IMG/VR virus record: IMGVR_UViG_3300032676_001346
Coordinates: 1-36,725 of that record
Strand: one strand, 5' to 3'
Length of the DNA: 36,725 bases
Origin: a virus
Shown one piece after another: positions 15,337 through 23,759 of the stretch (positions are counted from its first letter, which is position 1; each line of letters starts with the position of its first letter). The notes under the pieces are model-generated. The model saw only the letters and a list, made by a program, of their open reading frames with translations, had not been told where the DNA came from and did no database searches. The position numbers and the translations under genes were made by a program.

Positions 15337-17448
15337 ATGGCTGCTCCCGCACCCGATGTCGCAATCTCGTGGCAACTGAATTCCAATTCCTTTGCCAAAT
15401 GCGCCCCCGCCATTGGCACCAACATTCGCCAATGCGGCACGGTCACAATCTGCAACATGAAGCCCCTGACGGCGGACGATCTCACGTCCGTTTACCAGAA
15501 GTCGGGGCAATTCCGCGTGATGAAGGCCCTCCTTCAGCACGACATGGAGTTGAAGATGTGCGCCCCGGTCCAAAACGGGCTGTACGACTTCCTCATGGCC
15601 AACAAGGTGGACCTGCACGGCAAGGTCGAGACCCGCGGGGAGCGCGGCATCGACAAGCTGGACATCATCCCCTTCGTGCTGGCGAAACGCTATCACCCGA
15701 TCAACAACGAGTATTGGATCATCACCAACGGCACGGCTGGCACGTCCGGCGCCGGTGAAAACCCCTCGGATCTGTGGTCGGTTCAGGTGTCCAGCCAAAC
15801 GGGCATCCCCGCCGACGTTCGCTCGTTCCCGCCCCGCCTCGCCGTTTACTGTGAAGGCATGGGCACCGGCGGCACGGCCACGCGCACGGCCTGGACCATC
15901 GTTTCGAGCACCCTGTCCAGCGACGGGACCTACGTCACGCTCGTTTTGGAGGACATGAACCGCGGCGCCCACTTGGCGTCCGCCAAGTCCGCTGCACCCG
16001 TCAACGGCCTGCTCGTTCGCGGCACGCCCAACGTCCACGACGCCGAGCAATGGTGCGCCGAGGCTCCGGCCTACCGGAACTGGACCAAGTTCCCGTTCTT
16101 CTTCCAGACAATCCGCAATTCGTTTTGCTGGTCCGAGCACTACCAGAAGTGGCGGAAGATCGCCCTCGAAAACGACTTCTACCGCGAGTGGTTCGACATG
16201 GACGAAGTCGAGGTCAACAAACAGTTGGCGGTGGATCACCGGAAGCGGTTTGTCCAGTCGTTCTTCCGGCAGACCCCCATCAGCAACTTCCAGACCGCCT
16301 GGGACTACGACAAGCTCGACCCGATCCCGAGCTTCAACCCCGCCGACGAAGGTTTGGCCGGCCTGGGGGTTGACGGCGGCCGATGCGTTGGCTATCGGGC
16401 GAATGCCACCGGCGTGTACGACCAGTTGGCCGAGTGCCATCGGGTGTGGGATATGCAGGGCAGCGTCCCGAGCATCGCGGACCTGGCGATCCTGCTCTAC
16501 AACATGATGCGCGTCCGGGAAGGCCGGGGCCATCCCAAGCCCAAGACCTTCGACCTGTTCACGGACAGCGTTCAGGCCGACGCGATCAACACCGCGTTCC
16601 TGGGATACTACAAGAGCCGCGGCCAGGACATGCTTCGCATCAACGTCGAGGCGGGGAAGTTCTCGAACACCAAGACCGCCGAGTTCGGGTTCCAGTACAC
16701 GACCTTCCAACTGTTCTGGCCACAGGGCGTCACCATCAACGTGATCACCCACGAGTTCTTCGACGACTGGAACACCGCCACCGCCGCCGCCGCCGCGGTA
16801 GGGGGCGCGGGATTCGCTAATTTCGCCAACACCAGCCGCGTTTGGTGGATCTTGGACTGGACCGGCATCTACCCCGGTATCATCGCCAGCAACCGCGTGG
16901 TGAACAAGACCGGCGACCTCAAGAACCTGGCGTCGATCAACCCGTCCTACGCTTGCGTGATGAAGGTTTACACGCAGGAACAGACCCTTACCTCGATGAC
17001 CTACACCGTCATCGTGGACTGCCCGGCGTCCAACGCCATCATCGAGAACATCGGCCCCGGCAGCGGCACGCCCGGCAGCGGCGGTGGCAATACCTGGCTG
17101 TCCGGCCAAGTGGTTGCCGACCCCGTGTGCGCTCCCGTCGGCTACTTCGGCGCCCTTGGTGCCCCGCAGGACGCCAGCAATGCTTGGACGACCACGACCA
17201 GCCAGCACGTTTATACGAACGCGCAGCAGACCGCCACTTGGAGCGACGGCGTGAATACTCACACCGTCACCATCCCGGCTGGCGAATTCCATTCGAGCCG
17301 AGGCCCTGACATCAGCGGCAATGGCTCCCTCATCAGCGCCGACGCCAACGCGCTGGCATTGGAAGCCGCCACCGCCCTGGCCGCCGAACAACAGTTGGCC
17401 GCCAGCCAGACCGTGGGCGGGGCCGAGCCTTCTCAGACGACTGCGTAA
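15337..17448 (+). CDS. major capsid protein candidate (about 700 aa) with C-terminal add-on module; start ambiguous
   Basis: Follows the scaffold candidate and is followed by the strongest terminator in the window. Track start 15331 is TTG, the first ATG is 15337, and another ATG at 15457 (MKPLTADDL...) follows the 11-nt motif. The C-terminal ~70 aa (TVTIPAGEF...SLISADANALALEAATALAAEQQL) match the repeat found in downstream virion proteins. HK97-fold not verifiable by eye. Confidence 0.55.
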   Translation: MAAPAPDVAISWQLNSNSFAKCAPAIGTNIRQCGTVTICNMKPLTADDLTSVYQKSGQFRVMKALLQHDMELKMCAPVQNGLYDFLMANKVDLHGKVETRGERGIDKLDIIPFVLAKRYHPINNEYWIITNGTAGTSGAGENPSDLWSVQVSSQTGIPADVRSFPPRLAVYCEGMGTGGTATRTAWTIVSSTLSSDGTYVTLVLEDMNRGAHLASAKSAAPVNGLLVRGTPNVHDAEQWCAEAPAYRNWTKFPFFFQTIRNSFCWSEHYQKWRKIALENDFYREWFDMDEVEVNKQLAVDHRKRFVQSFFRQTPISNFQTAWDYDKLDPIPSFNPADEGLAGLGVDGGRCVGYRANATGVYDQLAECHRVWDMQGSVPSIADLAILLYNMMRVREGRGHPKPKTFDLFTDSVQADAINTAFLGYYKSRGQDMLRINVEAGKFSNTKTAEFGFQYTTFQLFWPQGVTINVITHEFFDDWNTATAAAAAVGGAGFANFANTSRVWWILDWTGIYPGIIASNRVVNKTGDLKNLASINPSYACVMKVYTQEQTLTSMTYTVIVDCPASNAIIENIGPGSGTPGSGGGNTWLSGQVVADPVCAPVGYFGALGAPQDASNAWTTTTSQHVYTNAQQTATWSDGVNTHTVTIPAGEFHSSRGPDISGNGSLISADANALALEAATALAAEQQLAASQTVGGAEPSQTTA

Positions 17449-17483
17449 GCAACGTCCGGCCTTGAATTGAGGCTTGCAGTTTC

Positions 17484-17518
17484 AAGGCCGGTGCGGTATT
17501 AACCGTACCGGCCTTTTT
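17484..17518 (+). terminator. intrinsic terminator downstream of the capsid gene
   Basis: AAGGCCGGTGCGGT (17484-17497), loop atta, ACCGTACCGGCCTT (17502-17515). This is a 14-bp stem (13 Watson-Crick pairs plus one G-U) running into TTTTT (17514-17518). Confidence 0.7.
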
Positions 17519-17541
17519 GATAATGACCGTATGCTGATTCT

Positions 17542-18180
17542 ATGAGCAACCCCGTCACCGTTCTGTATTTCGTCAAGGAACTCGTTTCCGTACCCTTCAT
17601 GGCCGGCGGTTCCCCTATGTCCTGGGAAGCACTGGGCGACAACAAGGGCAGGGCCAAACTCCCGTCCAATGATCCCCGCGCCGCGGACCTCATCTCCGCT
17701 GCTCAAAAGCAAATCGGAGGCGTGATCCAAGTGAATGCCCAACAATTCGAGGACGTAAAAAAAAACAACCCATACGTACCTCCGGTGCGGCGAGAAAACC
17801 CAGTCCAGCCAATCCCACGCCACGGGGACCTTTTCCCAACTATACCAAAAAAGCGTCCGGGTGTTCCTCCTGCGGTGGGCGTTAATCCCAACCCCGCAGT
17901 TATGAGGCACCCGGCCCCGCCACAGCAACCGAGTTTCGCGGCCGCGGCTCGCTCTCCGTTCCCGCCCCCCGCGCCGAGCGGTGAAGTGCCGACGCCAACC
18001 GCCCCGGCATGGCAGCCCCAGACCGAGAACCCCATCGTGATCCCCGTCTCCGGGAACAAAGGCCCGACCGTGGATCTCAACCCCCCGCCGTTCAAACCCC
18101 GCCGCGGGCGCATCCCCAATGCCGTGAAAGCGGCGATGGCGTTGCAGGCGGAAGCGGCGGCGCAAGGAGTGGCGGCGTAA
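17542..18180 (+). CDS. proline-rich hypothetical virion-module protein (212 aa)
   Basis: ATG start after the terminator. Small globular N-terminal part, then a long Pro-rich region (PPVRRENPVQPIPRH...PPQQPSFAAAARSPFPPPAPSGEVPTPTAP). Ends 1 nt before the next ATG. Confidence 0.55.
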   Translation: MSNPVTVLYFVKELVSVPFMAGGSPMSWEALGDNKGRAKLPSNDPRAADLISAAQKQIGGVIQVNAQQFEDVKKNNPYVPPVRRENPVQPIPRHGDLFPTIPKKRPGVPPAVGVNPNPAVMRHPAPPQQPSFAAAARSPFPPPAPSGEVPTPTAPAWQPQTENPIVIPVSGNKGPTVDLNPPPFKPRRGRIPNAVKAAMALQAEAAAQGVAA

Positions 18181-18181
18181 T

Positions 18182-20182
18182 ATGGCCTCTACCTGGGGAC
18201 AACTGGTAAGCGAGATTACGGCCAACATCTGGCCGACCGGGGAACAACCCGAGCTCGTGCCCGCGCACGCCAAGGCGTTCGTTGACGCCATGAGCGACCT
18301 CCAGAAATTTGTCCCCTGCCTCCAGCAAGACCAGACGAGCCTTTTCCCGGCCTGCTCTACGTACTACCGCTGCGGGCTGTCCATGTTCACCGCCCCGAGG
18401 GGGAGGATTAAGAAGGTATCGGTCATCGTCACCCCCGCCGGATCGCTCTCGCCCAATTACTGCGCGGAAGTGGAGTATCACCAGGTAGCCTTTAAGGACA
18501 TGGAGCTTTGGCTTCGCCGCCTGGGTGAAGGGGCGTTGGGCGGTATGGGGTTCCCTTTTGCCGCGTTCTTTGGTCTGGACTCCTACTCGTGTCGGAAGCC
18601 TATAGCGCCGGTCCCCACTGACGAGGGCCTGCCTGCCGGGCTGCCGCCCTTGCCACTGGGCGTTCACTACGCCCAAGGGTCAACAGATCGTCCGCATTAC
18701 AGGTCGCGGGCGGGGGTGTGGGCCATCGAGCGCGGCACCATCTACATCGCCCCATGGCTCAACACCGTAAACCACCCGGAGACCGTCATCGTGAAATGGG
18801 ACGGCATCAAGCGGACGTGGGGCGCGAACGATCCGATCGACGCCGATCCCGACCTGGCCAGCGCCCTTGAGGAATACGTCCGGTGCGACCATGCCAGGAA
18901 GTTCGACCGCGATTTCACCGTCTCCGAAGTGGCGGGGGAGGCTTACAAGGACATGCTGGCGAAGCTCATGCGGGAATGCCGCGAGGAAAACCGCGTCCGG
19001 GACCGTGAACCTAGCTACGCTCGTCCGGCAACTGTGCTCTACTACAACGACACGGCGTACACAGCCAATGCAACCGCTACCTCCAGTGATTGTCCCTCCG
19101 GGCAAACTGCCCAGGGAACGACATCCGGCACCGCAACCGTACCCGTTGGGTCGGTGGGGTCTTCCATTTCCGTTGCTGATGCCAACGCGCAGGCCCAGGC
19201 GCAGGCGCAGCAACAGGCCAAGGCCAACGCCGTGAGCCTGCTGGTCTGCACCGGCGGCGTTATCACCCCCGGAGGGTGCGCCGGATTCAAATTCTGCAAT
19301 GATACCGGGTACACCCAGCAGGCCCAGCCTCAGTGCGCTTCGGGCCAAACCGGCACAGTGCAGAGCGCGACAGTTGCGGTCGGAACGGTCGGATCGAATG
19401 TTTCCGTTGCCGATGCGAATGCTCAGGCTCAAGCTCTCGCTCAGAGCAATGCCCAGGCTGCCGCGAATGGTACATGCACAGCTTCAACCCCCACCGGCCC
19501 CAAAGTGTGGAACACCGAGCAGCCAAACGTCATCGTCTCTTGTCCCGCCGGGTCATCCGGGAACACGGTCACGATGGCTGTCCCTGCTCACAGAGTCGGG
19601 GTCGTAGCCGCCAGTTCCAGCGCCGAGGACATCGCGCTGGCTCAGGACCAGGCCAACACCAACGCCATCGCGCTGGTGACTGCCCAGGCCAACGCCGCTT
19701 TGAAATGCTCGACGTGCAACCCCGAAACGCAGGTCGAAGTCGTTGTTGCGTGGGCAGGCACCCCTCCTCACATCCCGGTTCGACGGGTCGCCACCATCCC
19801 AGCAGGCACGATTTGCAGTCCCTACGGGATCGCGGTCGTCAACGCGCTTATGGGGCTGTTCACCCAGGCGATGAACATGCCGAACCCTCAGATCCATTCG
19901 GACATCGCCTCAACCACTCCGGGAGTGTCAACGGCCAGCCTGCCCGCCGCCTTCAACGGAGTTGCCGGCGCTGCCACCGTCATCGTCACGGTCACGGTTC
20001 CGGTTGGCGTGGTTACGGGGTCGACCGTCGGCGTTGCCAACGGGAGCGCACAGACCATCGCACAGCAACTCGCGTCCACCATCGCCGCGGCGATCGTTCC
20101 GGCTCAGGCCGGCAACAACACCTACACCTTCCGATGGGGCGGCACGGCTGGATGGTCCGGGGGACTGGAAGAACTCACATGA
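18182..20182 (+). CDS. virion protein: T7 gp11-like adaptor candidate N-domain fused to tandem Cys-framed repeats (666 aa)
   Basis: The N-terminal ~280 aa (LVSEITANIWPTGEQPEL ... LEEYVRCDHARKFDRDF...) loosely resemble tail tubular A/adaptor proteins. Residues ~286-512 are three ~65-70-aa repeats plus a degenerate fourth. ATGA overlap with the next gene. Confidence 0.55.
   Translation: MASTWGQLVSEITANIWPTGEQPELVPAHAKAFVDAMSDLQKFVPCLQQDQTSLFPACSTYYRCGLSMFTAPRGRIKKVSVIVTPAGSLSPNYCAEVEYHQVAFKDMELWLRRLGEGALGGMGFPFAAFFGLDSYSCRKPIAPVPTDEGLPAGLPPLPLGVHYAQGSTDRPHYRSRAGVWAIERGTIYIAPWLNTVNHPETVIVKWDGIKRTWGANDPIDADPDLASALEEYVRCDHARKFDRDFTVSEVAGEAYKDMLAKLMRECREENRVRDREPSYARPATVLYYNDTAYTANATATSSDCPSGQTAQGTTSGTATVPVGSVGSSISVADANAQAQAQAQQQAKANAVSLLVCTGGVITPGGCAGFKFCNDTGYTQQAQPQCASGQTGTVQSATVAVGTVGSNVSVADANAQAQALAQSNAQAAANGTCTASTPTGPKVWNTEQPNVIVSCPAGSSGNTVTMAVPAHRVGVVAASSSAEDIALAQDQANTNAIALVTAQANAALKCSTCNPETQVEVVVAWAGTPPHIPVRRVATIPAGTICSPYGIAVVNALMGLFTQAMNMPNPQIHSDIASTTPGVSTASLPAAFNGVAGAATVIVTVTVPVGVVTGSTVGVANGSAQTIAQQLASTIAAAIVPAQAGNNTYTFRWGGTAGWSGGLEELT
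19037..19717 (+). repeat. three tandem protein-level repeats (DUF5977-like, from memory)
   Basis: R1 (19037-19249) is YYNDTAYTANATATSSDCPSGQTAQGTTSGTATVPVGSVGSSISVADANAQAQAQAQQQAKANAVSLLVC. R2 (19286-19477) is FKFCNDTGYTQQAQPQCASGQTGTVQSATVAVGTVGSNVSVADANAQAQALAQSNAQAAANGTC. R3 (19502-19717) is KVWNTEQPNVIVSCPAGSSGNTVTMAVPAHRVGVVAASSSAEDIALAQDQANTNAIALVTAQANAALKCSTC. A degenerate fourth copy lies at ~19967-20101. Confidence 0.7.
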
Positions 20183-23100
20183 GCATCAACCTTGGATTTA
20201 TCACCGTGGCGCCGTGCGCGAACACGGTTCCGCCGCCCGACTCGCGTTGCTCCGATCCAGCATTCGCGCTGGCTAACCCGGACATTTGCAGCGCCCCGCA
20301 GCCTACCTTGGTCATCAAACCCGGCATGGCGATCGCCTGCACCCTTGGCAGCGTCCAGTTCAAGGCGTTCCTCCAGGACACCACCGGGGAGACCGACGTT
20401 ACGACCGATACCGTGTTTTCGTCTTCTGACCCCACGATTGCCGTGGTGGGGGCCACGTCCGGGAACTGCACCGGCGTGGGGTCCGGCGAGGCGCAGATTT
20501 CTGCCTCCTACCAGACCTACACGGCTTTTGCTTCCATCACCGTCATGGCGGGGAGCGATTGCTGCTCGTCCCGGACGGTGGCGTTCCTGCTGCTGGTGGA
20601 CGTGACCAAATCCATGTCGGCGTCGTTCGACGCCAATTATTCGACCCGCCTCAAGTTCGCCGCCGCCGCGGCCCGCCAGTTCATTACCAAGGTGCGGAGA
20701 AAGGATCGCGTCGGTCTGACCACGTTCACGGGAGTTTCCAGCACTTTCCTGGCTCCAATCGGGACGCAGGCCGCCGCGCTGGCGGCCATACCGAGCATCG
20801 CGCAGACTCAGGACACCACCGGATTCACTTCCGCCATTACTCAGGCGGTATCCGACCTCAACAACTCGGTCTCCGACCAGCGGGTGCTCGTCATTATCTC
20901 CGATGGCGAGGATGAGACATCAGCCGAGTCCGCCGATGCCGGGGTGGACCCCATCACTACGGCCGACAATTTCAAGCAGGCCGGCGGCATCGTTATCTGC
21001 CTCGGCGTGCGGGCCTCTGGCACCGCGAACGGCTACGCGCTCCTGTCCGAGCTTGCCACCGGGGGGTTCTTCCTCAACGCCCTTCCGGCCAACGAAACGA
21101 CCATCCTGGACTACCTCACGGGCCTCATGGGGTACATGTGCGCCGGTGACTGCACGCCCGAAGGTGACGTGATCGTCGGTCAAGGGGAACTCAACTTCAC
21201 CGCCTTCCAGAATTGGAGCGTCACTGGGGGCCGCGTTGACCTTTTGGGAAATGGCTTCTTCGATGTGCTGCCGGGCAACGGTCTGTACGTCAACCTGGCG
21301 GGCACGTCGGCCCCACACGACGGGGTGATGACCAGCAAATCCGCGTTCCCTATCGTCTCCGGCCACGACTATCGGCTGTCGGTCAAGCTGGCTGGAAATC
21401 AGGTCAACCCTGACTCGGGTGCCGCCGTTCAAGTCTCCGTGGTTGGGGCTTCTTCGGACCTGCTCCAGAGCATCGTTCTTTCGGATTACACGTCCGGGTT
21501 TCATACGTATAACTACACCTTCACCGCCACGGCGACGGACTCCGCCCATATCGTCATCCAGCAGAACGACACCGGCACTCCGCCTGATCCGCAATGGGGG
21601 TGCCTCCTGAAAGAAGTCACGCTGACGGACGTGACGGACGACGTTACGTTGTTCGACGACACCTTCTCCGGGGACAATCTCGTTTACGTCCCGCCGCGCT
21701 GCGGCACCGGAACGACCTACATCCAAGGCTACGGCTATTACACGGGCAGCGATTGCGCCTATCAGGATACGTGCCTCAGCACGCCGCCCCCGAGCCAGGC
21801 GGCGGACCCCAACGCCATTGCCGACATCGAATCCAGCGGAGGAGGGACCACGGGGCCGAGCGGGCCGCCGGCAACGTGCGGACCCACATCGCAGACCTAC
21901 ACGGCGACGTGCCCCGCCGGTCAGACACAACTCAACCCGACGCCGATCACGGCCAAGGCGTCGAGCACCGGGAACAACATCCAGGCCGCCCTCAACGGGC
22001 TGGTGTGGGCGCTTCCCCATGCCGCCTTCGAGACGGACCCCACGGACCAGGTGGAGAACATCGGAGGGGACCCCGGCACGCTTTACACGGCGAACCTGCT
22101 TATCCGCGGGTCCGTCGAACTAAAGGGGTATGGCGCACAGCCCCCCAACACACCCGGCGGCGTCACCATCGCTCCGATTGCTGGCACCGGCGGCATTGCC
22201 GCGCTGGCCACGTTGAACACGGGGAATAGCTTCCCCAATGGCGAACTGCTGGCGACAGACCCTCAGAACGAGTACCTGCTGATCATCTCAAATCCTCCCC
22301 AGATAATCGCCCTCAACAATTCCCCGTCGAACACCAGCCTGGCCGGCCAAAACAACGTCCAGGTGGTTCGATACCCGTTGGCGGTCCAAATGTACGGCGG
22401 AGCCACGGTTACGCTGACGGCCCGCACGATTGACGGCAAGGACTGGGGCGGCATCAACCCCGTCCCCCGGCAAACCCAAGACCCGCCGTTCATCCTGATC
22501 CAGAACCCGTTCTTCAATTCTCCCACGGGCGGGCAATGGCTCCAGATGGACGTGCTCTCCGTGCTCGGGGGGACTGGTGCCCAAACGTTCCCCTACAAAT
22601 ACACGCTCACGCTGGCTGCCGCGGCGACCGCCGCTTACTACTCGATCACCAACTCGACACTCGCGGCCAACTCCCCAACCGACTGGACACTGCAAGGGAG
22701 CAACGACGGTTCGACGTGGACGCTGATCGATGCCCGCGCCGGAATGAGCCTGAGCGCCGCCGCCACATACCGATTCCCCATCGAGACCCCCGCCGCATAC
22801 ATCTACTATCAGGTCGTGTTCACGGCTACCAGTAACAGCCTGTTCCCCACCTTGAGCGGGGTCAGCGTTTATCCGGCGGCCGTACCGGCGGTTGGGAACG
22901 GTTCGGCCAGCGGCGTGTCACCGGACTGCGGCACCGGCGCCGCGCTGGCCGCCGCCAAGCTCCAGGCCAATGCGGCCTTGGCCGGCCAGTGCTTCCCGCT
23001 GTTCACGGCGCAGGAGACCTACACGGCGAATTGCGCCGTTGGGTCCGGGAGCGCGGTGGGAAGCGGCACGGCCCAGTCCTACAATTCTCAGGCGGAGGCG

Positions 23101-23724
23101 AACGCCGCCGCCCTGGCCATCGCCAAACAGTCCGCGCTGGCGGCGCTGGTGTGCGGCGCGAACAACAACTCGGCGGTAGTCAGCGTGAACAACCTCGACC
23201 GCCTCGACGGCCCGTTCTCGCCCTACCCATCGCTGGCGGTGATTGCCGATCCCGGTTTCGTCATCGGCCCGACGCACGGCATCAAGGTGACGTTGAAGGG
23301 GTTCAATAACGTGTACGCCTCGGACGTGGGGATCGTGCTGATGGGGCCGGACGGCACTTGCGCGACCCTCATGGCCAACTGCTGGGGGTCTCGGAACGTG
23401 GCGGCGGTGGATGTCGTGGTCTGCGAGTACACTGGCATCCTGATGCCCTTCGGCTCCACGGCAAGCCCGACAATCCCGACACCGGGCCAGAAGTATCTCC
23501 CGACCGCCGGGTGGGCTGGCAATGTGAGCGTGTGGAACGCGGCATCGTGGGCGATGGCATCGGGCAAGACCGGCCCGACTGATCCTCTCCCGTGTGACCT
23601 TACGGTGTTCAACGGGAAGAACCCCGCCGGCAACTGGCAGCTATTCATGGCGCACTTCATCAACGAGCCGCCCGTGGGGGGATCTATATCCGGGTGGACA
23701 ATCGAGTTCACCGACACGCAGTAG
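20179..23724 (+). CDS. 1181-aa multidomain adhesin-like virion protein (Big_2 + vWA + jelly-roll + discoidin-like + P-domain)
   Basis: True start is taken as ATG 20179 (ATGA overlap with the upstream stop). The track's 19333 start is an out-of-frame overlap artefact. Big_2-like segment: SVQFKAFLQDTTGETDVTTDTVFSSSDPTIAVV...ISASYQTYTAFASITV. vWA segment: VAFLLLVDVTKSMS...GLTTFTG...DTTGFTS...VIISDGED. Jelly-roll segment: ELNFTAFQNWSVTGGRVDLLGNGF...YRLSVKLAG. Discoidin-like segment: PTDWTLQGSNDGSTWTLIDA. P-domain-like C-terminus: IKVTLKGFNNVYASDVGIVLMGPDGTCATLM...FNGKNPAGNWQLFMAHF...GGSISGWTIEF. Confidence 0.75.
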   Translation: MSINLGFITVAPCANTVPPPDSRCSDPAFALANPDICSAPQPTLVIKPGMAIACTLGSVQFKAFLQDTTGETDVTTDTVFSSSDPTIAVVGATSGNCTGVGSGEAQISASYQTYTAFASITVMAGSDCCSSRTVAFLLLVDVTKSMSASFDANYSTRLKFAAAAARQFITKVRRKDRVGLTTFTGVSSTFLAPIGTQAAALAAIPSIAQTQDTTGFTSAITQAVSDLNNSVSDQRVLVIISDGEDETSAESADAGVDPITTADNFKQAGGIVICLGVRASGTANGYALLSELATGGFFLNALPANETTILDYLTGLMGYMCAGDCTPEGDVIVGQGELNFTAFQNWSVTGGRVDLLGNGFFDVLPGNGLYVNLAGTSAPHDGVMTSKSAFPIVSGHDYRLSVKLAGNQVNPDSGAAVQVSVVGASSDLLQSIVLSDYTSGFHTYNYTFTATATDSAHIVIQQNDTGTPPDPQWGCLLKEVTLTDVTDDVTLFDDTFSGDNLVYVPPRCGTGTTYIQGYGYYTGSDCAYQDTCLSTPPPSQAADPNAIADIESSGGGTTGPSGPPATCGPTSQTYTATCPAGQTQLNPTPITAKASSTGNNIQAALNGLVWALPHAAFETDPTDQVENIGGDPGTLYTANLLIRGSVELKGYGAQPPNTPGGVTIAPIAGTGGIAALATLNTGNSFPNGELLATDPQNEYLLIISNPPQIIALNNSPSNTSLAGQNNVQVVRYPLAVQMYGGATVTLTARTIDGKDWGGINPVPRQTQDPPFILIQNPFFNSPTGGQWLQMDVLSVLGGTGAQTFPYKYTLTLAAAATAAYYSITNSTLAANSPTDWTLQGSNDGSTWTLIDARAGMSLSAAATYRFPIETPAAYIYYQVVFTATSNSLFPTLSGVSVYPAAVPAVGNGSASGVSPDCGTGAALAAAKLQANAALAGQCFPLFTAQETYTANCAVGSGSAVGSGTAQSYNSQAEANAAALAIAKQSALAALVCGANNNSAVVSVNNLDRLDGPFSPYPSLAVIADPGFVIGPTHGIKVTLKGFNNVYASDVGIVLMGPDGTCATLMANCWGSRNVAAVDVVVCEYTGILMPFGSTASPTIPTPGQKYLPTAGWAGNVSVWNAASWAMASGKTGPTDPLPCDLTVFNGKNPAGNWQLFMAHFINEPPVGGSISGWTIEFTDTQ

Positions 23725-23759
23725 GTCGTTGAAAGATTCTTCGTTTTCGTTCTTGCCAA

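Noticed and set aside
15328-17391. 687-aa minus-strand ORF covering the capsid candidate
   Set aside because: It is the antisense shadow of the plus-strand gene. It is Gly/Arg/Ala/Val-rich and low in complexity, with no start context or neighbours on that strand.
19333-20178. N-terminal 282 codons of the 1463-aa track ORF
   Set aside because: This stretch overlaps the 666-aa repeat protein out of frame and reads as Arg/Ser/Gly/His-rich nonsense. An ATG at 20179 in an ATGA overlap with the upstream stop gives a sensible N-terminus (MSINLGFITVAP...).
20920-22020. 366-aa minus-strand ORF inside the giant adhesin gene, plus similar antisense ORFs at 13762-14521, 14540-15328, 17482-18291, 18680-19432 and 23223-24011
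   Set aside because: All are antisense to genes with recognisable domains or coherent operon structure, and all have Arg/Gly/Pro-heavy composition.
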